This document shows positions 35,567-48,600 of a DNA stretch of 64,000 nucleotides, piece after piece; within the stretch, counting starts at the first letter, position 1; every line of letters begins with the position of its first letter. A model generated the notes under the pieces. It worked only from the letters and a program-made list of their open reading frames with translations. It searched no databases and was not told the DNA's origin. Both the position numbers and the translations under genes were made by a program. Location: the NCBI GenBank assembly GCA_905178155.1, contig CAJINV010000004.1, forward strand, positions 7,694,771 to 7,758,770. Direction: 5' to 3'. This DNA is from Amoebophrya sp. A120 (lineage: Eukaryota; Protista; Dinoflagellata).

Positions 35567-38500
35567 ATGTTGCGCGGCTTTCTCCTCGCTGCAAAAGCGA
35601 AGCATGCGGCTAATACCGGCACTCCGTCGGGCCCCCGCACCATCGCTTTGTTTCCGGAGATTGTGCCAGGTCGATTTGGGGATAAAGGCTTCTTTGCCCT
35701 GAAGAGCATCCGGGATGTCACCGCGGTCTATGACCCCGACTCGAAGTCGAATGCGTGGACGGAGATGGTGTGGCCAGAGGACGGGCCCGGGGCGGCGGGC
35801 TCCACTTCTGCGGCAGCGGCGGGAAGATCCGCCTCTGCGGCAGCGGCTGCTTCGGCTGCCGAAGGCGACTTCCACCAGGAACTGCTCCCAACTGCCACAG
35901 ACCCCCCCGTGGACGAAGTAGAGAACCAGAAGTGGCGGTTTGGCGTGCGGGCCTTTGAGGCTTTTCATGGCTGGTTTCAGCAGGAGTATCCAGGAAAAAT
36001 GCGGATCGACCCGGACGTCCAATTCAACGGCAAACCTAAAACACCGAGGACACCAATCCAAGTATTCATCGACGCGGCAATAGAACACGTGGTGTCGCGG
36101 TTCAGGCAAAAAGAAGTGGTGCAGGTTGGAAATGTGAATACTGGAGGTGGAGTATCAAGTGCAAAAGTGTCTGGGTCTGGAAGAGTGGGACTTGTGATGC
36201 TGTCTGCGGATTCTAAAAATATCTGTGTTGCATGCGCAGGAAGAGGAGTCAGTTCTACTTGGCACGCGGAGAGGGCATTTGTAATGCGTAATAAGCATCA
36301 GGAAGCTCTCAAAAAATCTGTGATGCTAGCACGAGCATCACAGACTTGATGGGTCATGCAAAATGTGCATGACAAGCCCCGACTCTTGTTCCAGACCCCG
36401 ACATATTTGCAGTTCATAAGGAGCAGGAAAGTACCGGTACGTCATCGTGTTTCGCCCCGCGGCGGAGTCGCGAGCACCGTTTCGGGCTCAGAAGGCGAAT
36501 TCCGCGGCCCTCCCCGAGCCTAGACAGATGGAAACCACTCGAGGGAATACCTCCGGAACAACGACGGCCCCCGGACAGCAGCACCCCCGGGAGGCGCTTG
36601 TTCCGGGCCGAAGCTCCACCATCGCTTTGTTTCCGGAATTCGTACCAGGCCAATATGGGAGAACAGCAACAGACCTCATTCATCTGAAGAGCATCAGGGA
36701 CGTCACCGCGGTCTATGACCCCGCCTCGAACGCGTGGACGGAGTGGGTGTGGCCAGAGGCCGGGGATTCCGGAGCGGCGGGCTCTGCTTTTGCGGCAGCG
36801 GCGGTCTCCGCCTCTGCGGCAGCGGCTGCTTCGGCTGCCGAAGGCGACTTCCCGGAACTGCTCCCAAATGGCACGGTCCCCCCGAGCAAAGATGTTGGAG
36901 AAGACGAGAACCAGATGTGGCGGTTTGGCGTGCAGGCTTTTGAGGCTTTTCATGCCTGGCTTCAGCAGGCGTATCAAGGGGAAGGGCGCGGCATGCGGAT
37001 CGTCGACTGCCGCCGATTCGAGGTCTTTGACTTCGAAATCCGAAGCGGAAAAAAACCTATAACGCCGAGGACGCGAGTCGAACTGTTCGCAGACGCGGCA
37101 AAAGAAGGTGTGGGCTCGCTTTTCAGGCGAAAGGCAGTGGTGAAGGTGGAAAATATCGGTAAAGAGATGATGCAAAATAAATCCGGAGTAGCTCCTGCTC
37201 TCGGACATCAATACCAGTACGTCATCGTGTTCCGGGATGCGGAATCGCGAAAATTGCTTCGGAAGCCGCGCGAGGTAAAGATGCAGGTGACGTTGAAGGT
37301 CTTGGTTGATGCGGAGCGCGGGGAAAGGACCCCAGCAGGAGATAGAGCACCTCTTTCGCACGAATTAGTCCTCCCGCTCGGTTCGTTACCCCTGGAGGTG
37401 AGCAAATCTCAGGGCGACGCACTAGTTATGGGGTATAGATTATCAAGTGCAATAAATATCCCTGGATGTCTGGAAGAGTCATGCTGTTTTTGCATGACGC
37501 AGAAGGGCTGGCATGGAAGCTCTAGCGTCACAGGTTTCGAGAAGCTTCCGTAATGCCTAATCCGCACGACAGGCCCCCCATTTTGGTGACAGAAAGTGGG
37601 CAGCTTTTGCTCCCTATGCGTGAGAGATTTTGAAATGCGCGTCACAAGTTTCTCTTCTTCCAGACCCAGACATATTTGCAATCCATATACATTGGCTGAT
37701 CTCCAACAGCGGGCGGTGCGGTATTTGAGCGGCTCCGACGGCCGCATTGCTTTCCGAAAAGCTCCGGATATCAAGCTTCCGGTCTTCGACGCGGGTGGCG
37801 ATGCCTTCGAAATCAAGCCGATTTTTGGAGCTGCTGCGAAAGGAAGGGTAATTGGAGGTGACGACAAAGACGGCGTTCACACTGCTGAGCGTGATGTTGA
37901 TGCCGCGTGCATGCAAGACAATGAAACCTTGGGCGCGTTTCTAAAGCGCCACGGCGAAAAAGCCACGCTCTTCTCCGAGAACGACGAAGGGGACGACCAA
38001 GAGCCGCTAACCCTTCGTAGCGAGATTACGTGGTACGAAAACCGGAAAACAACAAGCGAGGAGGGTCGAGAGAAGGCGTTGCTCTTGCGCATGATGTTCT
38101 CCTCGTCCGAGGGTCGTCCTTCTGGAGATGCCGAGGCCATTCTAGAATCGGTTGCCGGGAAACCTGAGTACGCAAAACTGTTGAGCAGCGGGGAGTTTTT
38201 CAAAAAAATCCGACCGATTGTTCAACCAGGGAGTGCGGTGTTGAAGTTTGCAAACGAGGCTTTGTTTCACCGGAAGCCGGAGGATTGGGATAGGATGATT
38301 CTGGAAGCTGTGCAGGAGAACGCGGGGGAATTTGCCCACGTTCCAGTGTCCGTCTGGGAGGATCCCACGAACTTCTTCCGCGAATTTGTTTATGTGAAAG
38401 ACGAGAGGAGCAGCCAGTACCCCACCCCCCTGGACAAACGCAACTGGTTCGGACACATCGTGAAACACTTCCCCGAAGCGCTGGCACACACAAATGAGAA

Positions 38501-41196
38501 AACGTTGCATCATGAAATGTTCGCGGAACAGCTCCTGGAAATGAACTTCGACCTCGCAATATGAATTTTGCAAACATGTCTGGGTCTGGAAGAATGGAAG
38601 TTTGTCATTGCTTGTCTGACATGATTCTCAAGTCTGCCATGTGCATTACCCAAAAGCTCCATTTTTCTGTCATGCAGAAGCTCACTTTGTCATGCAGAAA
38701 CACCAAGACTGTAGCACCCCCAAAACTTGTCATGCTTGCCAGTCAATTGAGGCGTCCTCGTCTTTCTCAACCAGCATCACAAGTTTCCAGACCCAGACAT
38801 TTTTGCATTTGATATGCAATGCGGTACCTGCCCCTGCGGAACGACATGAGGATCGCGAAAGTCGCGCTCAAATTCATCGTCGGGTCAGGGATATTCGAAT
38901 TCCGCGTCGCAAGAAGATCAATCGAGTGGCAGAGAAAGGCGCTGGATGCTTTGCTAGCACGCGTGGTGCAGGGTCGTGATCAGACACAGGAGGAGCACCA
39001 CAGTGCCACACATCAAGAAGAGGAAAAAAGAGGTCGTCCGCGAAGGACGAGATCTTCAACTCCGCGAAAGAGATCTGCATCACCTCCGCGACGGAGATAT
39101 CAGCTGCAAAAATGTCTGGGTGGTCCGGAAGAATGCAACTTGTCATGCCAAATCTGAAGCATGCAAAAATCTGTGTTGCATGATGACCAAAAGTCGTCCA
39201 GTTTTGACCAAGTCGGGAGGCAGTTTCTCATGCAGGATAGGCATGAGAGAGATCCTCGCGCAGAATCTGTCATGCTAGGTCCTGCATTCCAGACCTCATG
39301 GGTCATGGAAAAGCTGCATGACAGGTCGCGCACTCTTCCAGACCCAGACACTTTTGCATTTGATAGGAGATCATCTACTGCAAAAAGAAGACGATCGGCG
39401 ACCCAAGCGTCTTATTTAAGTGACGGAGAAGAGGGTGAAAAAAGAAGCAGATCTACCTCAACCAGAAGACAAGAAAGGAGATCAACAAGTAGAACTCCGG
39501 ATCGTCGCTCTGTGTCTACTTGTCGTGCTCGAATGGAGCAGATGGCGCTGGTGGGGCGACGAGATGGTGGAGAAGTCCAAGCTCCCGTAGTAGCGGAGGT
39601 AAATCCTGGGAAAAGCACCGCAGCTCCTGCTGCTGAGGAGGACGATGCTGATGCAAAAGACGTTCGACGAGAACGCGCGGCCCGGTTTATCCAACACGGG
39701 CTTGCGTTTTGCGCGGACTTCAAATGCAGAGAACAAGAAGCGCTCAAGCGCGTGCTGGGAAAAATTTTCACTGGAGCAAGGGCACGCCATGGAGTTGATG
39801 TCCGTGATCACGAGGACGCGATTGCGGTGGCGGCGCTCCGTCCCGACAAGTTTTTGCAGTCGCTGTCGTTGGCCGTGGGAGGAGGACGAGAGAAAGAAAA
39901 TTTCCCTCGGGACTTTGTCCTCGCAGTGTGCGCGCGAAACGGCACGGCGCTCCAGTTCGCGTCGGAGGCGCACAAAAACGACCCGGAGATAGCGGCCACC
40001 GCAGCTTCTACTCCTGCTACAACGTCGGTTGCTGGACAAGTACGCCAAGGACCAATTTCCTTTTTCGAATGGCTTGAGTCGAGGCAAGAGCTTGATGTCG
40101 GTCGAGAGCCGATTCCCTATTCCTGCAGGGTCGAGGAGGTAGCCCGACGCGGTTCCGAATATCTGGCGCCGAAACCTGCGAAAGACCAGATGCAGCAGTG
40201 GGAACACAAGTGGCTCTTTCTGCAGCTCGTGCAAATCGTGGAGAAACATACGCGCGTTGCTAGTGAAAGAGGACCATCAATGAGCCGCTTGGTACCCGAT
40301 CACGCGGTAGGCAACAGAGAATTTAAGGATGAAAATAACTTTATCGTGTGGCCGGAAAACTACGCGGACCACTACATCGGGGAACATGACGTGCCCCCGA
40401 CGGAGCTATCAAATGCAAATATGTCTGGGTCTGGAGGAAAGCAGGTATTATTTGTCGTGCACATTTTGCATGACCCATGATGTCTGTGATGCATGCCCCA
40501 GCGACGTCAGCGTCACAGGTCTACTGAGTGCTTCTTGATGTCTGTGATGCATAACAAGTGCCCTCTCCGCGTCGCAAGAAAGCGAACAACTCTTGGTAAT
40601 ACTCAAGCAATACAGATAGATACATTTTTAACGATTTTTTTTTGTTGATTCCAAACGCAGCTGCACAAGTTGCACTCCGGCAGAAATCTTCCAGGGATAT
40701 TTGCAATGCATAGGAGCGGTTTGTGCACTACATCCGGTATCGCGTGGAACAGTTACTGGCCAAAGGAATTGTGAACGATTTCGCCACCCTGCCGACCACA
40801 GACTTTCACGATTATGGGAGTGCACAACGCTGTCCTTCCCCTCATTTGTCATACAAAATCCGCAATTTTTCCAGTTGTTACCTTGTGTCACTATTATGCA
40901 GTACAAATTGTGGAAGCCGATTCAGTAGCAGTGCTACTACACTCAGCGCATGATAAATGTTGAACTTGTCAACATCTTGGACATAGCACCCACCTGTGGA
41001 TTGGCGTTTGTAGTTCTGTTCATCGAGGACTGCATAGAAATGAGGGGGAGGACCACGGGGGCTTGTGCACTCGCATACCGATCCACCGGTGGTATTTCCC
41101 CCGACCCCGATCCCCGAGACATCGTGGAGGCTGCTGCGACAGTATGGGAAATTCGAAATATGGCCGGAAGGCTACTGGGCTACTGGGCGCTACTGA
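35567..41196 (+). CDS. Large hypothetical protein with a duplicated N-terminal module and a DUF4116-like repeat
   Basis: ORFs at 35567, 36447, 37596, 38819, 39161 and 40723 join in frame after removing six introners (GGG|AGKYRY, GYR|LAD, LA|MRYL, RR|SST, TE|RFVH, HD|PPVV..GRY*). RDFVLAVCARNGTALQFASEAHKNDPEI is DUF4116-like. TIALFPE..LKSIRDVTAVYDP..NAWTE occurs twice. Confidence 0.75.
36153..36418. mobile_element. Introner-like TIR element, family B
   Basis: Family B TIRs; DR TGGAG/AGGAG. Confidence 0.9.
37441..37687. mobile_element. Introner-like TIR element, family B
   Basis: TATCAAGTGCAA / TTGCAATCCATA; DR TAGAT/TACAT; same subfamily as 22548-22811. Confidence 0.88.
38560..38814. mobile_element. 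Introner-like TIR element, family B
   Basis: Family B TIRs; DR CGCAA/TGCAA. Confidence 0.9.
39098..39365. mobile_element. Introner-like TIR element, family B
   Basis: Family B TIRs; DR GGAGA. Confidence 0.92.
40407..40712. mobile_element. Introner-like TIR element, family B
   Basis: TATCAAATGCAAATAT / ATATTTGCAATGCATA; DR GGAGC. Confidence 0.9.
40813..41077. mobile_element. Introner-like TIR element, family I
   Basis: TATGGGAGTGCACAA / TTGTGCACTCGCATA; DR ACGAT/CCGAT. Confidence 0.9.
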
Positions 41197-43598
41197 TCGA
41201 AGCGCGGGCGGAACTACTGGATGAAAAACAAAATGAAAGACCGAGAAGCAGCTCGAATGAGAACGAAAGCGACTTCTACACGAGGACGCGCATAAATCCT
41301 GTACTAGGTCAATTGAATTTCTAGTCCACTGTTCCCCCTCGCCGATATATTTTCTACTAAACTTGTATTGTATAATGTATTTTTTACGCGAAGACCACAG
41401 AGCAGTAATATTTTTTTATTGTTCTCCCTTGTGCTGCTGCACGACCAGGATTGCGAAGCCGATCGAGAAGTGGTATGATCTTTAGAGAACTAAATTTGCA
41501 GAATTAGCAATTTTACTAAAAAACTACATCAAGAGCTCTTTTTTTATTTTTCCCACGTAGGAAGATCAAGATGAGTCCCCTGTGGGATTATATAAGTACG
41601 TAAGAGGCAGCAGGAGGAGGACCACCGCGAACAACAACGAGAGTCGCATGCAGTTTCTGTATCGAACTACAACGAAGATGAAAACCTGGGCTTACGACCG
41701 AAATCGTGATGCACGAAGATCAAGAACCACCTGAAGCATAATTGTAAGAAGTACCACTGTAGTGAACGAGTGCCGATTACTTTGAAGTAGTAAGAGCAAC
41801 TTTATGCATCAAAGTTATATTTTTAGATGACTCGACGTCTCAGGAACATCAAAGGTCTATAGGTTTAGTGTGGGGGAGATTTCAATCATCATTTTTATAT
41901 AGAGCCTGACGCTCGCGGACAAATTTATTGCATATCGCTTTCGCCTGTGTATCCAACCGACGCGAAGAAATTTCTCAGTAACGGCGGGTCACCGATTTAC
42001 CGACCAATCTAGTACTAGTACCAACGAATCATGTCTAGCACTACTAGGGGTCGAAGTAGAGAGGGCACAACTTCTTTCTTGCAGCCCGAAAACGTCATCT
42101 GGATTAGTAGCTTGCAGCCCTACACGAGTGAAGTAGTTCTTTGGAGCCTGGTGCTCTTTTGCATCTCCGATCCATGATTTTCTTCACCTTTTATCTTTGT
42201 AGTACCCAAAAATGCAGGTTATTTTTTCGCTTCGAAGGATCATATCTAACTGTTAATTTCTACTTCGGACATAAAAATACAGGCACAGTGCCAGTAGCTG
42301 TTTGAAGTAGAAGTAGGTGCGACCATTGTACTAGCCTTTATTGGGGCGAACAGTGCAGAAAAGATCGTGACTGCATCAGTTTCGTTTTTCAAGGAAAGTC
42401 CATAGTGGCGGGGCAGATGCATTTATTGTTTATCCTTTGTTTTTTATATTTATTCGGAAAAAAAAAGATGAATGTGCCAGCCTCTATAATTGTTTACCCT
42501 TTCGCCGGGGACCGCTCAACCTCAAGAAAAAGAAAACAGCCTTGCTGTTGCTCACGCTTATTTGAGGCCGCTTATGAAGGTTTGTGAACCGGAGGATCAT
42601 GACTATCGTGATCTTCCGTTCCAACTGCACGAGGCCGATTTTGAAAATGCTACTAAGATTATCGCAGACCATTATTTTGTGTGTATGATCTATATTTAAG
42701 GACCTGCAACACCGTGTAAGGACGAAACATGAGGCATCAGGGGCCTGCTAAGGGCGTCACTCAGGAGTACCGCGTAAAAGCTACAAAGAAATGCCAGTGG
42801 AGTACAAACTAGTAAACGCTTGCGCGCAGTTGCTGCGGAAGAATGCTCCGGGAGAATCATGAAGATTCCGAGTTGTAAATCTTAGCTGGAAAATAAACCA
42901 AACGAGCAAGATCGCAGCCAGGCATTTTTTCGAGGCATGAGATGAAGGGAAGGCGCTGTCTTAAGGTCCTCGTATACTTTTTCTGATGTATGATGATGTA
43001 TATTTATCGCGCAGGTAGTACATGCGGACCCAGAGTCAGAACAGGGACCCTGGCATGTTCTCCAACAACGTGTTCCCTTGCTTCCTCAAGGTCACGCGAA
43101 ATAAGAACACGCGACTTCGCCACGAAAACAAAATCATTGTGATCTTGTTTTCGTTTTTTTCTCGACAAATGACCCGACGCCACGTCGGCTCTACTGTGCA
43201 GCAAGTGTGAAGATTTCAGAAAAATGCAAAACCTGGGCCTCACCCCAGACTCCTAGTTGACTCTTTATTTTTGAGCTTCCTCTGAAAGAGTTTGTCACCT
43301 GGAGTGATTTGAGTCCTGTGTCCAAAACGAAAAGAACAAGCTCGGTTGAGTTTCTACTCGGTTCAGAGATAAATTGAGAAACCTGAAATGCCCGTATAGA
43401 AGCAGAAGGGCCACCTTTTTTTAATTTTATAGGATCATCCACAAGATGCGATTTCAAGTAGATGTGTCAAAACTAAATATCGCAAAATCGACTGAGCAGT
43501 GCTCCCCCGTTTGGCCGCGCAACCTCTTTAGCTTTAGACTTCCCGCAGATATTGAAGAAGCGCTAACGTTATCCTGACGTCCGAGCGTCCGACGTTCA

Positions 43599-43978
43599 AA
43601 ACATGTGCGGCTGTGAGCCTGGTGTCTCATGTCTCATGTCTTGGAGCCGTGTCATGACATGAGGACACGAACATGGACATGACACGGCCGTTTTCATGTC
43701 CATGTCTTCATGTCCCGACATCCCAAACCAGGACATGAGACATGAGACATGGCCAATGTTCATGCTCATGTCCCATGTCCGNNNNNNNNNNNNNNNNNNN
43801 NNNNNNNNNNNNNNNNNNNNNNNNNNNNNNNNNNNNNNNNNNNNNNNNNNNNNNNNNNNNNNNNNNNNNNNNNNNNNNNNNATGAAAACGGCCGTGTCAT
43901 GTCCATGTTCGTGTCCTCATGTCATGACACGGCTCCAAGACATGAGACATGAGACACCAGGCTCACAGCCGCACATAC
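43599..43978. mobile_element. MITE or Mutator-like DNA element with about 95-bp perfect inverted ends spanning an assembly gap
   Basis: 43603-43697 is the reverse complement of 43882-43976. Flanking direct repeat CCGACGTTCA at 43589-43598 and 43979-43988. CATG-rich interior with an N run. Confidence 0.8.
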
Positions 43979-44248
43979 CCGACGTTCACCTTTTGCAGCC
44001 TTTACGCAAAACAGCAATTAGTGGTTCGGGCTCGGATTTGCACGAGCGCTGAGCATTTACTGTGGCAAAGCAAATAAACGGTCCGTTGCGTATAGATTTT
44101 TCTACGTCGATCCTCGGTAGTACAACAACTAGGGAACATTTACCCCAATAGCTGCGGGTAAAATATTTTTATCCAGCTATAATTTAGAAAAGTACAAGGA
44201 CCTCCCAATTGTAGTTTGAGCGACGGTTTTTCAATATCACAATAACAT

Positions 44249-45048
44249 ATGATGGCGTTTTTATTTCGAGTTCGACGAGCGTTGTTCGCGCTTTTCTTTC
44301 TGCGGTCGTATCCTGAGTAAAAACGTCCCCACCCCATAGTCAAGATGGGGACCACTTTGCAGCACAAATCCACAAGTTTTGGGAGTCGCGCGTGATAAGT
44401 TTGGGCTCGTAGTGTGATCCAGTTTAGCTAGTGCAGAGGCATCACAAATCGACTGCCTCATCCTGATTTCAGCATCACAAACTCCCAGATAGTAGCAGAA
44501 AATGGCCCACATCATGGACCTGCGAATGAGAAATGATATTTTTTGTCTTGCAGATGACTTGCATGACAACTACGGGTAGTTGGGGACGTTTTTGCTCCGG
44601 ATAGGTCGCTGTCGGACAACATTTTGGCGAACGCGGATTTTTCAGGACCGTCGGCGGCCCCGAGCGCAGTGGGAAATCAAGAACAGCGGGAGCGAGCAGC
44701 AGGGACCCATCGGCACAAGAGCGATGTCCTCGCGGGAAATAAGAATGAAGATAGGGACGGCGCAACACTATGTCTTGCAAAAGTACTTCTATCGCACTAG
44801 TGTACGAATCGCGTTGCACCTTTTTCCCGGCATCCATGACTAGAAATGGACCTTGTAATGCGGATTTTTTACCATACGGAAGCAAAAGCATGACTGCAAT
44901 TTATTCTACTACGAGTGCGATACTTTTTCTCCTTGGATACTATGCACTGGAGATGAACCGTAACTCCGCGCTGAGTGAAAATTCATCTCTGCATGAAATG
45001 AACGAAACGATAGGTAGAGAAGAGCTTTTGGTACTACAAGGCTGCTGA
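44249..45048 (+). CDS. Small hypothetical protein with signal-peptide-like N-terminus
   Basis: MMAFLFRVRRALFALFFLRS|LSDNILAN..DGAT|LEMNRN..QGC* after removing two introners. The 3' end could be spliced further. Confidence 0.5.
44309..44603. mobile_element. Introner-like TIR element, family F
   Basis: TATCCTGAGTAAAAACGTCCCCA / TGGGGACGTTTTTGCTCCGGATA; DR GGTCG. Confidence 0.92.
44769..44942. mobile_element. Introner-like element, family E (diverged)
   Basis: TATCGCACT.GT / ACGAGTGCGATA inverted arms; DR AACAC/TGCAC. Confidence 0.75.
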
Positions 45049-45649
45049 TCGCAGCTCTGGGTGCGTAGTACACAAAGGAAATGTCTTGTGTTCCTGGAAA
45101 ACTGTGTAAAAGTGAAAATTACTTTCCTCGGCTTTTTTTGTGATCTTTTTTTCTGTGTTGTACGTTCGTTGTTAAGACTTCACTCTCAACGGCGCACTGA
45201 GTGGGACGAGTGTAGTAGTTCTGTGGTGTCCACCAAAGTTGCAGCTACTGTGCCAAAAAATCTGCTCTCTGTCGTGTGCAAACCAAGCAAAATAGACTTG
45301 ATTTAATACGTGTCTTCAAAGTGCTTTCATAGTACACAGCTTGAACGTGGTGTTGGTTTGTTGGCATTGTTGGCAGGAGCAGAAACTGCGCCATTTAGGC
45401 GAATCACAGCGTAAGCAGACGTGACCAATGAATTTTAGCACACGACTTCTGAAAGAACAACCCCATTATCTGAACTGATACATAACTGTTGTAAAAATAA
45501 CGGCGGTGTCAACACAAAATATGAGTCTCTTGTCTGCGCTGTACTTCTTCTCAAAAGCAGGAGAAGGATTTTGTTCTGAAGGAGACTCGGTACAACTATA
45601 GCACGAAAACAACAACTTAGAGCGGACAATAAAACACTCATTTCCACCG

Positions 45650-48600
45650 ATGGACTCGCCAAATTTCGCGTCGCCGCCCACCCGGGCGCGCAGCTGCCTG
45701 GGCGAAGACCATCCGCAACACAGCCAGAGCACGAAGTCGGACACCCTTTTATCGTAAGGAAAAATCCCCCCTCCCCATATCGAAATGGAATGTTTCCGAA
45801 AATTTGTGTTGCTGATTTGAGGTCACAAATCACATTTGTCTTGCAAAAAGACAAGGGTAGAAGCTTCCGCCCCATTATGGAAGCGATTTGCCATGCTGTT
45901 GGCCCTAAAAGTGGCCCGCTTGCCATGCTGAACAACTAGACCCATACGCCCCTACCTAGCCTGCGGATCTGGCCGCAGTGCCTCTCTGCAATACAGACCT
46001 GATTTGTGTACACACTTCCAGCATCAGAAATTCCGTTTTGATATGGGGAGGGGGGATTTTTCCTTTCGATACCTTTCGAACCGGGAGGACCGCCTCTCCA
46101 CCTTTGGCCGCTCGCCCCCGCACTATCCTGAGTAAAAACGTCCCCACCCCATAGTTGTCATGCAGATCTGCATGCTCAGAATGTGTGTCATGCGGCTCTC
46201 CATGAGAGGCATTACCTAGTGGCGTTTGGGAATCTGTCATGCGCTAATCAGGATGACAGACTGGATCTGTGATGCGTTTGAATTAGCCAGGCACGACTAC
46301 ACTGCGTAGCCAAACTTTTTATGCGTGAGTCCCAAAGATGCTCGATTTGTCTTGCCAAAGTCCCAACTTGACTATGGGGTGGGGACGTTTTTACACAGGA
46401 TACGCACTCAGGTTGCACCAGCCTGATGCTGGCCGCCTGCAGTCGGTGTCACCGGGAGTTTTTATTGGAAAAATTGGACCGGGACGGGGACAATAACCAC
46501 ACGTGTGTCAGTATTGATAAACTTGTTTTAGTTTTACAGATGATTACCGCGTTTTCGTGATGCAGATTTGCACATGTTGTACCATTTGCATACCATGATA
46601 TTTTTCGCATGACAAATCACTTCTCGAACAAGCCTACAACCCCTATCACTCTACCCAGATTGCCGCGAGCGCCAGGAGACGCTGAGCGAGATTCTGTCCA
46701 CGGAAATCATTATCTCCGACCCGTATCCCGTCAGCGACGACGAAAAAGGGGACGTCGATGGTCTTCAGCATCACAACTTCGCGTCCTCAGCGCACCAACC
46801 ACATCCAATCGACGCGTCGCCGGAAACCGCACGCGGTGCGGGGGTCCAATTGCTCCTGCACCGGCCGAACAACACCGTGATGTGCAACAAGCGAGGACAA
46901 CATCCGACGACGACCCTGGCCCGCCGGCAGCACCGATACTACGCCGGGTCCGAGGATAGTCTGGCGCTGGACATGCGCAAGAAGTCGGCGGAACTTCTGT
47001 TGCAAAAGCGCGAAGACCTCGCCATGTTCGAGGACGACGTCATGCAGGCCAGCGAGAGCTTATGCAATGCAAAAGTATCTTCGCGCTCGTTGTACTAATT
47101 GCAGATATGAATGACAAATCTTCTTCCTAACGCCAAAACCGCATTACAAATTTCTCTTGTCATGCTGAGCTAATTTCTAATGCGGTTTAAACTAGTATAA
47201 ACGAGTGCGAAGATACTTTTGCTATGCATAGAGCTCGCCTCCCAACCACATGCCGTCCTGCGACGGGATGGTCGTGGTGTGTGGCGGCGCAGATCATCAT
47301 GCGGGGGCAACGAGTGCGACGGGGGAAGAAGCTGCGCAGGATCATACGGAAAGAAACGTGATTTCCACCACAGCTGCAAGTGGACCTGAAGATGATCCGC
47401 TCGCACCGAAACGACCAGGAGTCGAACACGCAATAAAAACATCCAGCTCGTTATCTGCAACCGCGTCATTACCAACCGACCAGGATCAACATTTCGGCGT
47501 CGTGTCCTCCTTGAGCGAACTGGAGACCGATGGCCTGGACCTGATGGCAAGCCAGAAACTAGACGGTTTGCGATTCGTCCACGACGAGCGGACAGCGGGA
47601 GTTGTGCGGGAAGATGAGGATACAGGAACGGGGAAAGAAGATGAAACTGATCCGGTTGATGTTCACCACCAAAAGAAGACAGGAGGAGTAGAAGCTTCAG
47701 ATGTAGTAGTTGGAGCAGAGCGACATGCCGTAGAAAGCGGAGATATTGACCACCTCCAAGCAGCGCCTAAAGTAGGTGACGATGAAGAGGAGCCGGACGA
47801 GGAGGTGCTGCACGTCGTGCCCCACCGTGATTACACCGTCGGCGTAGACAACGCACACTTCTGGCGCGAGGTCGGACCGATTTACACCGGCACAGCGGTC
47901 AGATTTCCCAGAGCAAATTTCGAAAGTACAGAAATAACAGGCGCAAGAACAGCAAGAACGTCAAGAGGTAATAATGATGATGATGATCATCTTGTCCACG
48001 CGACGTCGGCGGCAGTCGCTGGTCAGGAGCGGGACAGCAAGGACTGTTGTTCCACTACAATCACCGACTGCTCCACCACCGCGCACAACGTCTCCAGCAC
48101 CACCGAAGTACTAGAGCACGACGCCAGTACCAACAGCGGGGCATCAAAGGTCTTACTACAGAGTTGCAGCATGGCAGATTTGGACCACGCCTACGGGCGG
48201 CTCGGGTTCCGTCGGCAGGAGCAATTTTGGCACGAGCAGCGGTCGTCGCGTGAGGAGCCTACAGTCAGGATGTTTGGGACGAGCGGGGTGGACGAGTTGT
48301 ACACAGAGGAGGTTGTTGGTACGTCGCATCAAGAGGAGGACCACGTTGAGAATTATGATGTTGAACACGAAGACAAAAATGAAGCAGCCGGAGGTGGATC
48401 AGCAGTTCCTCTAGAGGATTACTCCTCCTCTTCGACCAGCGCCGAAAGCCGTGAAGAAAGCAGAGAAATAAAAGACAAACCCGTGCACAAGCACACACCC
48501 GAAATTCTTGAAGAAGAGACCATCGACCTGTTTTTGAGCAGCGTGCTGCAGCTTCCGGGCGGTGGTGCAGTGGGCGCTACGGACGTAGATGCAAATCTCG

